Position numbers and translations under genes: made by a program. Shown here piece after piece: positions 10,940 to 20,434 of a stretch of DNA of 64,000 bases (position 1 is the stretch's first letter; every line of letters starts with the position of its first letter). Below the pieces are notes generated by a model. That model had not been told where the DNA came from. It worked only from the letters and a program-made list of their open reading frames with translations, and searched no databases. This stretch comes from an uncultured Gammaproteobacteria bacterium (GTDB lineage Bacteria > Pseudomonadota > Gammaproteobacteria > Steroidobacterales > BM003), in assembly GCA_963823435.1 (NCBI GenBank), contig CAWGLN010000002.1:309633-373632 (forward strand), read 5' to 3'.

Positions 10940-11361
10940 TCGCTTGTCTCCTGGACAGTCTCGTTCCGAAATTTACCGACCTGATTGCACTCCAGCACCG
11001 CGAAGGCCATCACCAGGCCGGCATCGTCAGTCAGCGAAATGTGACCTTCGCCAATACCCAGTTTCCGGCACATCATCCTGCCTCGCTCCGAGTACACGAT
11101 CTCCGGTTTACCCCAGGCGTTCTGCACGACACCCATGTCCCGAATCCAGACACCGTGAGCAAAACCGGTACCCATGGCCTTTGCGATAGCTTCCTTGGCC
11201 GCGAATCGCATCGCGAGGAATCTGACCTGGCGCTTTGACGAGGTGAATTGCTGAAATTCCTCGGGCATCAGCAGGCGTTGCACAAAACGCTCGCCAAACC
11301 GCTCCAGGCTTCCGGCTATCCGGTCTATCTGCACCACATCGGTACCGACACCGTAAATCAT
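10936..11361 (-). CDS. acpS: Holo-ACP synthase
   Basis: [37 protein letters not shown] overlaps the pdxJ TGA (ATGA). Confidence 0.92.
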   Translation of the reverse strand: MIYGVGTDVVQIDRIAGSLERFGERFVQRLLMPEEFQQFTSSKRQVRFLAMRFAAKEAIAKAMGTGFAHGVWIRDMGVVQNAWGKPEIVYSERGRMMCRKLGIGEGHISLTDDAGLVMAFAVLECNQVGKFRNETVQETSE

Positions 11362-12105
11362 CTGCTGCGCGCCGCCAGCATCAGGCGCTTCATTTCCGCG
11401 ACCGCATTGCCGCAATCCGTCGATGACTGCGCGAGCCACGATGGCGTGGCCGATATTCAGTTCGACAATCTCGGGAATCGCCGCCACAGCCTGTACATTG
11501 TGATAGTGCAGTCCGTGCCCGGCATGCACCCGCAAGCCGATACTCGCGGCATAACAAGCCGCCACACGCACGCGCTCAAGCTCCTTGTCGCGGGCAGCCC
11601 CGACATGCTCCGCGTACGCGCCCGTATGCAACTCAACCACCGGTGCACCGGCTTCGGCGGCAGCATCAAGCTGGCGTGAATCCGGATCGACAAACAGGCT
11701 GACCCGGATATTTTCCCCGGCCAGGCGCTGGCAGGCGTCCTTGATCCGCGGCAAGCCACCCACTACGTCCAGTCCCCCTTCGGTGGTCAATTCCTCACGG
11801 CTCTCGGGCACCAGGCACACATCGGATGGCGCCAATTGCGTGGCGATAAGCAACATCTCCTCGGTAACCGCCATTTCCAGGTTCAAGCGGGTCTGCAGGG
11901 TATCTATCATTACCCTGACATCCCTGTCCTGGATATGCCGACGATCTTCGCGTAAGTGAATCGTGATGCTGTCGGCACCCCACTGCTCGGCCAGCAGGGC
12001 CGCGTGTACCGGGTCGGGGTAAGACACTCCCCTCACCTGGCGCAGTGTAGCGACGTGATCAACGTTCACACCCAGGTCAATCTGGGGGTAGGACCCGGTA
12101 GTCAT
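11358..12105 (-). CDS. pdxJ: Pyridoxine 5'-phosphate synthase (1-nt frameshift near 11412)
   Basis: [27 protein letters not shown]; canonical C-terminus [13 protein letters not shown] lies in another frame. Confidence 0.92.
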
Positions 12106-12186
12106 ACGGAACTCCTGAATTCAAAATGCCACTCCCCATGAGACAGCGACAGGTTAGAGAACAAAAGTGTACCAGCAAGAGGCCCG

Positions 12187-12348
12187 GGAGCCTCTTGTGT
12201 GTGCTGGAGGCGGTAGATTGTAAGCCAAAAGAATCGAATTCAAGACGCCGATTGCACGGGAATGCCCGGTTCGCGAAAGATCGGCAACGCGGCAAGCCGG
12301 GGGTTTTCGACCGCACGATACGCGGTTCATGAATGGATCAGGGGCACC
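12187..12348 (+). repeat. ~160-bp palindromic repeat, tandem unit A (divergent)
   Basis: GGAGCCTCT...TTCAAGACGCCGATTGCACG...GATCGGCAACGC...TCATGAATGGATCAGGGGCACC. Confidence 0.9.
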
Positions 12349-12350
12349 AG

Positions 12351-12509
12351 GGAGCCTCTGATCTGTTCCGGGCTGGCAGATTGCGAGTCAAAAAATACAG
12401 ATTCAAGGCGCCGATCGCACGTAGTAGCGGGGCTACTGCGAAGATCGGCAACACAGAAGCCGGGGTTTTTGGCCGCAAGATGCCAGTTCATGAATAGATC
12501 AAGGGCACC
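12351..12509 (+). repeat. ~160-bp palindromic repeat, tandem unit B
   Basis: GGAGCCTCTGATCT...TTCAAGGCGCCGATCGCACGTAGTAGCGGGGCTACTGCGAAGATCGGCAAC...ATAGATCAAGGGCACC. Confidence 0.95.
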
Positions 12510-12511
12510 GG

Positions 12512-12671
12512 GGAGCCTCTGTTCTGTTCCGGGCTGAGCAGATTGTGAGTCAAAAAGGACAGATTCAAGGCGCCGATCGCACGTAGTAGCAGCGCTACTG
12601 CGAAGATTGGCAACGCAGAAGCCGGGGTTTTTGGCCGCAAGATGCCAGTTCATGAATAGATCAGAGGCTCC
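12512..12671 (+). repeat. ~160-bp palindromic repeat, tandem unit C
   Basis: Near-identical to unit B; ends AGATCAGAGGCTCC|CTAG, where CTA is the recO stop. Confidence 0.95.
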
Positions 12672-13391
12672 CTAGTGTTTCATTGCGCCCATTACCTGCC
12701 GGGTTTTTAGCGGCCGCTCACCCAGCAATTGGTCCAGCGCCGCACGCAGTACCCGTTTCAGCTGCCGTTGGGATTCTTCGTCCGGCACCTCGCCTTCGGC
12801 GGACAGCGAAAGCAGCGCCCTGCCGTGGACCAGCAGGCCATGTTCCTGCCCGGACCTGGCCAGCACCGGCCCCTCACCCAGGCGATAGTCATACAGGGTC
12901 CCGGAATCCAGCAGTTCCCCACTTCGCACTTCGCAGGCCGTGTTCAGGCCATAGCCCAGTTCCTCAAGCAAGGCGCACTCGAACATGCGCAAAGACCAGG
13001 CGACCGGCCGACCCAGGGCCAGCGAGGCCAGGGTCTGGCGATAATGACCGAATAGTTCCTGGTGTGGGTCCTGACGCTGTAACAGGCGAATCAGCAATTC
13101 GTTCATGTAGAAGCCGGAGAAAAGGCTGTCACCTGTCAGGCTCATCATGGGCGCACCGAATTCGGCATCGGTCAGGGTCTTGAGCTCACCCCGACCGGAC
13201 CAGGACAACAGGAGTTCCCCGAAAGGCTGCAGGACCGCACGCAACTTTGACTTTGGCCGGCGAGAGCCTCTTGCCACCAGACCCAGTCGCCCGTGCTCCC
13301 GGCTGAATATCTCAATAATCTGGCTGGTGTCCCGGTAGGGTAGCCGGTGCAATATGAAGGCAGCGGTCTGGAGTACCTGCCCCTGGCTCAT
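12672..13391 (-). CDS. recO: DNA repair protein RecO
   Basis: AFILHRLPYRDTS, LQPF, YMNELL, LLEELGYG; follows era. Confidence 0.93.
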   Translation of the reverse strand: MSQGQVLQTAAFILHRLPYRDTSQIIEIFSREHGRLGLVARGSRRPKSKLRAVLQPFGELLLSWSGRGELKTLTDAEFGAPMMSLTGDSLFSGFYMNELLIRLLQRQDPHQELFGHYRQTLASLALGRPVAWSLRMFECALLEELGYGLNTACEVRSGELLDSGTLYDYRLGEGPVLARSGQEHGLLVHGRALLSLSAEGEVPDEESQRQLKRVLRAALDQLLGERPLKTRQVMGAMKH

Positions 13392-13398
13392 GCTGGCC

Positions 13399-14301
13399 TC
13401 ATGCAGTCTCGTAACCGAAACGCTGCAATGCGCGCTCACTGTCGGACCAGTTCTCGAGCACCTTTACCCACAAATCCAGGTGCACGGGGCGCTTGACCCT
13501 GCGCTTGAGTTCGATCCTGGCCTCCCTGCCGATCTGCTTCAAGACCTGTCCTGACTGGCCGATAACGATGGCCTTGTGCCCTGCACGCCCGACCCAGATG
13601 ATGGCCTGTACCAGCACCCGGCCTTCCTCATCGTGACTGTAATTCTCTACTTCTACAGTCAGACCGTAGGGCAGCTCCTGATTCAGCCGGTTCGTCAGTT
13701 TCTCGCGTATGATCTCGGCCGCCATGAAGGCCTCGGACTTGTCGGTGGTCTGGTCCCGGGGAAACAGGGGTGGTGACTGGGGCAACTGTCCAAGCATTTC
13801 CTTTTGCAGGATATCCAGGTTTTTCCCCGAGGCCGCCGACACGGGAACCACCGCGGCAAAGTTGTGCCTGGCCGCCAGTTGCTGCATGAAAGGCAACAAC
13901 CTTTCCTTATCCTTGACCTTGTCGACCTTGTTGATCACCAGGATTGCGGGCAAGTCAGCCTGCTGCACACGCTTCAGTACATCCTCATCTTCTTCGGTGA
14001 TGCGCAGGGCCTCGACCACGAAGGCAACCACGTCGGCTTCACTGATGCTTGATGCGGCCGCCCGGTTCATGCTGCGATTGATGGCCTTGCCGCCGTGTCT
14101 GTGCAGCCCTGGTGTGTCCACCAGTATGATCTGCGAATGCTCGCGATTGAGAATGCCCAGTATTCGATGCCGCGTAGTCTGGGGACGGGCAGTAACAATG
14201 CTGATTTTCTGTCCCAGCAAGGCATTCACCAGGGTGGATTTACCCACGTTGGGACGTCCGACCACGGCCACGAAGCCACTTTTGAATTCCGTATCATTCA
14301 T
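13399..14301 (-). CDS. era: GTPase Era
   Basis: GRPNVGKST, QTTR, DTPG, NKVD, KH domain. Confidence 0.97.
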   Translation of the reverse strand: MNDTEFKSGFVAVVGRPNVGKSTLVNALLGQKISIVTARPQTTRHRILGILNREHSQIILVDTPGLHRHGGKAINRSMNRAAASSISEADVVAFVVEALRITEEDEDVLKRVQQADLPAILVINKVDKVKDKERLLPFMQQLAARHNFAAVVPVSAASGKNLDILQKEMLGQLPQSPPLFPRDQTTDKSEAFMAAEIIREKLTNRLNQELPYGLTVEVENYSHDEEGRVLVQAIIWVGRAGHKAIVIGQSGQVLKQIGREARIELKRRVKRPVHLDLWVKVLENWSDSERALQRFGYETA

Positions 14302-14308
14302 TTATTTA

Positions 14309-14468
14309 GGAGCCTCTGAATTAGTCTGGACGAAGTAGATTGCTGGCGAAAAGATTCAGGTTCGAGGCGGCAATCGCACGTAATAGTGGGGCTATTGCGA
14401 AGATTGGCAACAAAGAAGCTGGATTTTTTAGCCGCAAGAAACACGTTCATGACTAGATCAGAGACTCC
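14309..14468 (+). repeat. ~160-bp palindromic repeat between rnc and era
   Basis: TTTA|GGAGCCTCTGAATTAGTC...GACTAGATCAGAGACTCC|TTTG; overlaps the rnc stop. Confidence 0.95.
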
Positions 14469-15139
14469 TTTGTCAATTTTTCCAGCATTTCTTCCGCGCA
14501 GACCTGCTCGGCTTTCCTGCGACTGGTACCGCGTCCGGTGGTGACCTGACCCAGCGAGTCCACCCGGCAACACACGCTGAACCGTTGATTGTGCGCCGCG
14601 CCCTGCACATCGTCCACCTCGTAGGTCGGCAAGGCGATGTTACGCGCCTGCAACCATTCCTGCAGACGGGTCTTGGGGTCCTTTAACTGGTCGGCCTTTG
14701 GCAGGTTATCCAGACGCTCGGCGAACAAAACCAGGATCGCCTCGGACGCAGCCCGTGTGCCACCATCCAGCAGAATTGCCCCCAACATCGCTTCCAGGGC
14801 GTCCGCCAGGATTGATTCACGTCTGTAACCACCGGACTTGAGTTCGCCTGAACCCAGTTTCAATTGATCACCCAGGCTGATCGACCTGGCGAGTTCAGCA
14901 AGGCTGTGGCCTTTTACCAGGCTCGCACGCAGGCGGCTCAAATCTCCCTCATCAGCCCGCGGCACCCTCTGGTACAACTCCCGGGCAATGACGAAATTGA
15001 GCAGGGCATCGCCCAGAAATTCCAGACGTTCGTTATGGCGCGAACCCGCGCTTCTATGGGTCAGCGCCGAGGCAAGCAGGTTTTCGTCTTTGAAACTGTA
15101 GCCTAAGGTGTTGCGGACCCAATTGTGATCCGGGGTCAA
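14453..15139 (-). CDS. rnc: Ribonuclease III
   Basis: ALTHRS, NERLEFLGD, dsRBD DPKTRLQE. Confidence 0.97.
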   Translation of the reverse strand: MTPDHNWVRNTLGYSFKDENLLASALTHRSAGSRHNERLEFLGDALLNFVIARELYQRVPRADEGDLSRLRASLVKGHSLAELARSISLGDQLKLGSGELKSGGYRRESILADALEAMLGAILLDGGTRAASEAILVLFAERLDNLPKADQLKDPKTRLQEWLQARNIALPTYEVDDVQGAAHNQRFSVCCRVDSLGQVTTGRGTSRRKAEQVCAEEMLEKLTKESLI

Positions 15140-15501
15140 CGCTTTATCTCTACACTCTTCTCAAAATCGACCACAAATGACACGTTGGCAATGTAGGGCA
15201 CCTTGTGCGAATAGGTGATGCTCACCAGGTACCCTTTGCCGGCCTTGCTGACCTTGAAATCGGTAGCCTTGACCGCTTCGATCCGGTTCATATCCACGCC
15301 CTTTGAAATCGCAGTTTTGATTTCCTGCACCGAGGCGTTGGTATCATTGTACTCGGCGTGCACACTCGTCAGGACACCGCCTACGCTCATGAATTCGAGG
15401 TAAACAGGTATCAGCCGCAGCACGGCAAAAACGATGAGTCCTGCCACCCCGGCGGTCAGTATCATTCCGATCGTGGTCATCCCACGTTGCATTTTGTACA
15501 T
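15136..15501 (-). CDS. DUF4845-like protein
   Basis: QRGMT pilin-like N-terminus, IPVYLE; usual position between lepB and rnc. Confidence 0.75.
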   Translation of the reverse strand: MYKMQRGMTTIGMILTAGVAGLIVFAVLRLIPVYLEFMSVGGVLTSVHAEYNDTNASVQEIKTAISKGVDMNRIEAVKATDFKVSKAGKGYLVSITYSHKVPYIANVSFVVDFEKSVEIKR

Positions 15502-15518
15502 GGCTCAGTCTCCGGTAC

Positions 15519-16322
15519 CTAACGAATTGAGGTGCCCATACGTTCCCACATTAGCGACGAATTACTCCAGTCCCAGTTCATCCAGATGGCCACGGCCTTG
15601 CCGACCAGGTTCTGTTCCGGAATATAGCCGATTATACGGCTGTCCTGGCTGCAATCCCGATTATCTCCCATGACGAAGAAATGTCCCTCAGGCACCGCCT
15701 GGTCAAGGAAAGCGCTGGGATAGTCGGGCTTCCTGCCCAGATAAATCTCATGCTCTACGCCGTCAAGAGACTCGGTCACCGTGGTCCCGTCAAAATACAT
15801 GGGCCGGTTCCGCGAATCCTGACCACACTGCACCCGTTGTATGTCACCACTGCCTTCCAGAGTCATCGGAATATCGTTTACGAACACCTGCTTGTTCCTG
15901 TATGAAATCACGTCGCCGGGCAGACCCACAAGACGCTTGATGTAATTGACATGGGGCTCCTGGGGCTTGCGAAATACAACAACGTCCCCACGCCTGGGCT
16001 CACCTATGTCCACGAACCTGTTATTCAACACCGGCAGCCGTAGCCCGTATACGTACTTGTTCACAAAAATGAAATCGCCCACCAACAGCGTAGGCATCAT
16101 GGAACTGGAGGGAATCCGGAATGGCTCGTACAGGAAAGAACGCACCAGCAGCACGACCAGGATGATGGGGAAAAACGAGCGCGCGTACTCCACCAGCACG
16201 GGCTCGCCCGACGAGGTGCCTTTTGACTCGCGACGCTTGCGCAGGACCAGCACATCGAAAAGCCAGATCGCCCCACTCACGAACACCGCAATTACCAAGA
16301 TCAGCGCGAAATCAAATTCCAT
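15519..16322 (-). CDS. lepB: Signal peptidase I
   Basis: EPFRIPSSSMMPTL, YIKRLVGLPGD, GDNRDCSQDSR. Confidence 0.97.
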   Translation of the reverse strand: MEFDFALILVIAVFVSGAIWLFDVLVLRKRRESKGTSSGEPVLVEYARSFFPIILVVLLVRSFLYEPFRIPSSSMMPTLLVGDFIFVNKYVYGLRLPVLNNRFVDIGEPRRGDVVVFRKPQEPHVNYIKRLVGLPGDVISYRNKQVFVNDIPMTLEGSGDIQRVQCGQDSRNRPMYFDGTTVTESLDGVEHEIYLGRKPDYPSAFLDQAVPEGHFFVMGDNRDCSQDSRIIGYIPEQNLVGKAVAIWMNWDWSNSSLMWERMGTSIR

Positions 16323-16421
16323 ATCGATACCAAGTATTTTTTACGACATCCAGAACAATCAAAGGTTTTTTTGGCCACCATGCAAACGCCAGACCGGCTC
16401 ACCTGCCGCCAGTCTCCGGCA

Positions 16422-18212
16422 CTACTTGCCAACCTGCAATACTGCCAGGAAGGCCTCTTGCGGAATCTCCACGCTGCCCACCTGTTTCATACGCCGTTTA
16501 CCGGCTTTTTGCTTCTCCAGCAACTTGCGTTTGCGGGTGATGTCTCCACCGTAACATTTGGCAGTCACGTTCTTGCGCAGGGCCTTGACGGAGGATCGTG
16601 CGATCACGTGTACGCCAATGGCGGCCTGAATTGCCACCTCGAACATTTGCCGCGGAATCAACTCACGCATTTTCTCAACCAGGTCCCTGCCCCGCGCATA
16701 AGCCATATCGCGATGAACAATTGTAGCCAGGGCATCCACCTTTTCCTTGTTGATCAACAGATCCAGCTTGACCAGGGGTGCAGCCTGGAATCGATTGAAG
16801 TGGTAATCAAAGGACGCGTAGCCACGGCTCACAGACTTCAGGCGATCGAAGAAATCCAGCACCACCTCGGACATGGGTAATTCATATTCCAGGGACACCT
16901 GCTTGCCCAGGTACAGCATTTTCTTCTGTACCCCGCGCTTTTCCACGCACAGGTTGATAATCGCGCCGACATACTCCTGGGGCATCAGGATATTGGCCGT
17001 GATGATGGGTTCACGAACCTCGGAAACTTCACCGGCGCCGGGAAGTTTTGACGGATTGTCTATACTCAGCACTTCGCCCTTGACCGTCTGCACCTCGTAC
17101 ACCACGGTCGGCGCGGTGGTGATCAGGTCCATATTGTATTCCCGTTCCAGCCTCTCCTGCACAATCTCCATATGCAGCATGCCGAGAAATCCGCAGCGGA
17201 ATCCAAAACCCAGCGCCGTGGATGTCTCTGGCTCGAAATGCAAGGCCGCATCATTGAGCTTTAACTTGCGCAGCGCCTCACGCAAATCCTCATAGTCATC
17301 CGAGCTGATCGGAAACAGGCCGGCGAACACCCTGGGCTGGATTTGCTTGAATCCGGGCAGAGCCTTGTCACAGGGATCTCGCTCATTCGTGATGGTGTCG
17401 CCCACGGGCGCCCCGTCGATCTCCTTGACCCCGGCGATCATGTATCCCACATCGCCGGTGTGAAGGATGTCGTCGTCAACCATCTTCGGTGTGAACCGGC
17501 CAACCCGGTCTATCTGGTGGCTGCGTCCGGTACTCATCACCCGCGCCTTCTGACCCTTGACCATACGGCCATTGACAACCCGCACAAGGGACACGACGCC
17601 CACGTAGTTATCAAACCAGGAGTCAATGATCAGGGCCTGGAGCGGGGCTTCTTCGTCACCTACCGGTGGCGGAACCCGACGCACCAGTTCCTCAAGCACT
17701 TCACGCACGCCCTCGCCGGTCTTGGCACTCACTCTCAGAGCATTTTCAGCCTCAATGCCGATAATCTCCTCTATCTCGGCAGCAACCCTTTCAGGCTCCG
17801 CCGAGGGAAGGTCTATCTTGTTCAGAACCGGTACCACTTCCAGTCCCTGTTCTAGGGCAGTGTAACAATTGGCCACACTCTGGGCTTCCACGCCCTGGGC
17901 TGCATCCACGATCAACAACGCACCCTCACAGGCAGCCAGAGAGCGTGACACCTCATACGAGAAATCCACGTGCCCGGGTGTGTCAATGAAGTTGAGCTGG
18001 TAGGTGTTGCCGTCCTCGGACGGAAAATGCAAGGTCACGCTGTGCGCCTTGATAGTGATGCCGCGCTCACGCTCGAGATCCATGGAGTCGAGCACCTGTT
18101 CGGACATCTCCCTATCCGCCAGGCCACCGCAAATCTGGATGAACCTGTCAGCCAGCGTGGATTTGCCATGGTCAATATGGGCAATAATGGAAAAGTTACG
18201 AATCAGATTCAT
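16422..18212 (-). CDS. lepA: Elongation factor 4
   Basis: [45 protein letters not shown]. Confidence 0.98.
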   Translation of the reverse strand: MNLIRNFSIIAHIDHGKSTLADRFIQICGGLADREMSEQVLDSMDLERERGITIKAHSVTLHFPSEDGNTYQLNFIDTPGHVDFSYEVSRSLAACEGALLIVDAAQGVEAQSVANCYTALEQGLEVVPVLNKIDLPSAEPERVAAEIEEIIGIEAENALRVSAKTGEGVREVLEELVRRVPPPVGDEEAPLQALIIDSWFDNYVGVVSLVRVVNGRMVKGQKARVMSTGRSHQIDRVGRFTPKMVDDDILHTGDVGYMIAGVKEIDGAPVGDTITNERDPCDKALPGFKQIQPRVFAGLFPISSDDYEDLREALRKLKLNDAALHFEPETSTALGFGFRCGFLGMLHMEIVQERLEREYNMDLITTAPTVVYEVQTVKGEVLSIDNPSKLPGAGEVSEVREPIITANILMPQEYVGAIINLCVEKRGVQKKMLYLGKQVSLEYELPMSEVVLDFFDRLKSVSRGYASFDYHFNRFQAAPLVKLDLLINKEKVDALATIVHRDMAYARGRDLVEKMRELIPRQMFEVAIQAAIGVHVIARSSVKALRKNVTAKCYGGDITRKRKLLEKQKAGKRRMKQVGSVEIPQEAFLAVLQVGK

Positions 18213-18287
18213 CAAGGCGCCGGTGCAGGAGTGCAAACGGTCGATTATACGGCAGGGAGGGTCGGGTCCGATAGCCGACACCGGAAC

Positions 18288-18539
18288 TCAATTTTCTGAA
18301 ATCGCCTTCAAGGCCTGGGTCAGCACTCCTGGATCCAGCCGGTACTGGCAAATAGTCTCGCCGTCCAGGGCCAGCACGGGAATTTTCACCGCATAGTGAC
18401 GCAGCAGCTCGTCATCGTTGTCGATATCCACTAACTCCAGGGTCAGCCGGTATTGATCCAGGTAAGGCTGCAGCTCTTCCTGCATGGCCTCGCACAGGTG
18501 ACAGCCAGCCCGGGTGTACAGTGTCAGAACCCTGCTCAA
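18288..18539 (-). CDS. Glutaredoxin-like protein (DUF836-type)
   Basis: LTLYTRAGCHLC, VDID, IPVL; TTG start overlaps rseC stop. Confidence 0.8.
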   Translation of the reverse strand: MSRVLTLYTRAGCHLCEAMQEELQPYLDQYRLTLELVDIDNDDELLRHYAVKIPVLALDGETICQYRLDPGVLTQALKAISEN

Positions 18540-19018
18540 TGGCCACCCGCCTGCATCGCTGCTGAATCCTGCCTGGCAGGGCAAGGCCCCAGGTTGCGAA
18601 GGATTTCCGGTTGAAATCTCGCCTGTCCGTCGCGATGAATACGCCGGGAGACAAGACCGGCGCCAAGCAGACCGGCAAGGGCTCCGATCACGGTCACCGC
18701 ATCACTTGAGAAGCCGCCCAGGTAACCTGCAACCAGCGCTCCCGCGAGCAGTCCCGACAGGGGCAGCAGGTAGACCAGCGATGCGCCGCCCAGCAGGCTC
18801 GCCGGCGCTATCCCGAGTTCAACCTGGTCACCCACCCGCAAATCAGGATCGGTGGCTCGAACCTGGACCGTGTGCAGCCGGTCTCCAAGCAAGGCCCCCA
18901 GTACACCGCCACCACAACCCTGGCCACGCGCACAACGCTCACAGGCCGAGCGCGACTGACACTCCACCCAGGCCTGTCCGTCCCGAAGCTCGCTGATATT
19001 ACCGCGCTCGACAATCAT
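18536..19018 (-). CDS. rseC: SoxR-reducing system RseC family protein
   Basis: SACERCARGQGCG, VGDQVELGI, LVYLLPL, two TM helices. Confidence 0.88.
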   Translation of the reverse strand: MIVERGNISELRDGQAWVECQSRSACERCARGQGCGGGVLGALLGDRLHTVQVRATDPDLRVGDQVELGIAPASLLGGASLVYLLPLSGLLAGALVAGYLGGFSSDAVTVIGALAGLLGAGLVSRRIHRDGQARFQPEILRNLGPCPARQDSAAMQAGGH

Positions 19019-19076
19019 TGCGGCGGCGACCGGCGCATGCCAGGGACCAGCCTGGCGCAGAAATATGGTCCGCGCA

Positions 19077-19673
19077 TCAGGGCTGCTTGTCCGGTGCGAC
19101 GGATTCCGGAAGCGAAACGGCCTGGACATCTTTCTGGATGTCCACGGGATCCACGACCTCTACCTCTTTCACAAACCCCGCGGCCACCACCCTGGTCCAG
19201 CTGCTATTGCGGGTCATGCCGACCTGGCTGCCGTTCCCCGGCGAATAATAAGCCGCCCGGTCCGGCGGCTCGGGCACCGTATAGCTGACCGGCGCCGAAG
19301 TGTTGTCGACACTCAAACCCGGCTGTGTGCCATCCACCATCACATTCTGCAGGGCGGCAATTGCCAGCAGAGCCACCGCAGCGGCCACGCTCGAACCCAC
19401 CATGGTGCGCCGGAATTTCCCTGCCCAGCCTGAACCCGACTGTGCGCCTCGTGATTCAACCGAGACCTTCCCGGCCACCCCGTCGGCAAATCTGCCATCC
19501 AGCAATTCCGGCGCCAGGCTGTTGCGCATGGCCTCACCCACCAGCACATAGCGAGACAGCGTATCCCTGTATTGCACATCACGCCGCAGGCGCTTGAGCA
19601 ACAGGTGGGTTTCACCGGAGGGCAATTCACCGTCCAGGCAAGCCGAAATTTGTTGCTTAACCTTGTCCATCAT
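19077..19673 (-). CDS. rseA: Anti-sigma-E factor RseA/MucA
   Basis: QISACLDGEL, RYVLVGEAMR, SVAAAVA TM; directly after rpoE. Confidence 0.85.
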   Translation of the reverse strand: MMDKVKQQISACLDGELPSGETHLLLKRLRRDVQYRDTLSRYVLVGEAMRNSLAPELLDGRFADGVAGKVSVESRGAQSGSGWAGKFRRTMVGSSVAAAVALLAIAALQNVMVDGTQPGLSVDNTSAPVSYTVPEPPDRAAYYSPGNGSQVGMTRNSSWTRVVAAGFVKEVEVVDPVDIQKDVQAVSLPESVAPDKQP

Positions 19674-19682
19674 GCCAAATCC

Positions 19683-20258
19683 CTAATCCAGCAACGGCCG
19701 AAGAAGTTTATCTATCGCGTCCCTGGCCCTGAATATCCTCGAGCGGACCGTACCCACCGGGCAATCCATTTCCCGGGCAATTTCCTCGTAGCTCATGCCC
19801 TCTATCTCCCGCAGGACAATCGCCGTACGCAAGTCCGTGGGCAGCCCGTTAATCGCATCGTTAACGACCACCCTGATCTCTTCACCCAGCACATGCCCCT
19901 CCGGGGTCTGGGCGTCACTCAAGCGACTGTCCATCACGTACTGCTGCGGATCCTGAAGATCCAGGTCGTATTCAAGTGGCCTGCGCTTGCGTGCAACCAG
20001 GTAATTCTTTGCCGTATTGATGGCAATCCGGTACATCCATGTGTAGAAGGCGCTGTCACCGCGAAACGAGGGCAAGGCGCGGTAAGCCTTGATGAACGCC
20101 TCCTGCGCCACATCCAGCGATTCAACCGGGTCCTGTACGTAACGCATCACCAGGTTCACTATCTTGTGCTGGTATTTCAGCACTAACACATCAAAGGCCG
20201 CCTTTTCGCCACCCTGGACACGTTGCACCAGATCCCAGTCGCCCGACTCGTCAGCCAT
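19683..20258 (-). CDS. rpoE: RNA polymerase sigma factor RpoE
   Basis: AFDVLVLKYQHKI, FRGDSAFYTWMYRIAINTAKN, CPVGTVRSRIFRAR. Confidence 0.97.
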   Translation of the reverse strand: MADESGDWDLVQRVQGGEKAAFDVLVLKYQHKIVNLVMRYVQDPVESLDVAQEAFIKAYRALPSFRGDSAFYTWMYRIAINTAKNYLVARKRRPLEYDLDLQDPQQYVMDSRLSDAQTPEGHVLGEEIRVVVNDAINGLPTDLRTAIVLREIEGMSYEEIAREMDCPVGTVRSRIFRARDAIDKLLRPLLD

Positions 20259-20297
20259 GGGTTTCCCTAAGGCCGGAGCAGACGGTCCATCACTGCG

Positions 20298-20324
20298 ATA
20301 GACCAGTTCAACACGGGAAAGTTC
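20298..20324 (-). promoter_or_regulatory. Putative sigma-E-dependent autoregulatory promoter of rpoE
   Basis: Minus strand GAACTT-N16-TCTA about 40 nt upstream of the rpoE ATG matches the sigma-E consensus. Confidence 0.7.
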
Positions 20325-20434
20325 TGTTTTACGTCGATTTTTTTCACCTCGATGCTACGTGCTCCTGGGAACGCCGGTGGGGACCTGACGTGGCTCACGC
20401 CATCATTGTTGTGCCGGGTTGCTGCCGTTATGGT

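Noticed and set aside
10936..12105. Apparent PdxJ-AcpS fusion ORF (389 aa)
   Set aside because: One extra base near 11412 explains it: the canonical PdxJ end ([15 protein letters not shown]) is in another frame and overlaps the acpS ATG; the window has many similar indels.
12187..12671. Tandem array as a possible CRISPR or attC array
   Set aside because: Units are ~160 bp and similar throughout, with no unique spacers or cassettes and no cas or integrase gene nearby.
16345..16375. CATCCAGAACAATCAAAGGTTTT between lepA and lepB resembling an element arm
   Set aside because: Too short and divergent to distinguish from chance by eye.
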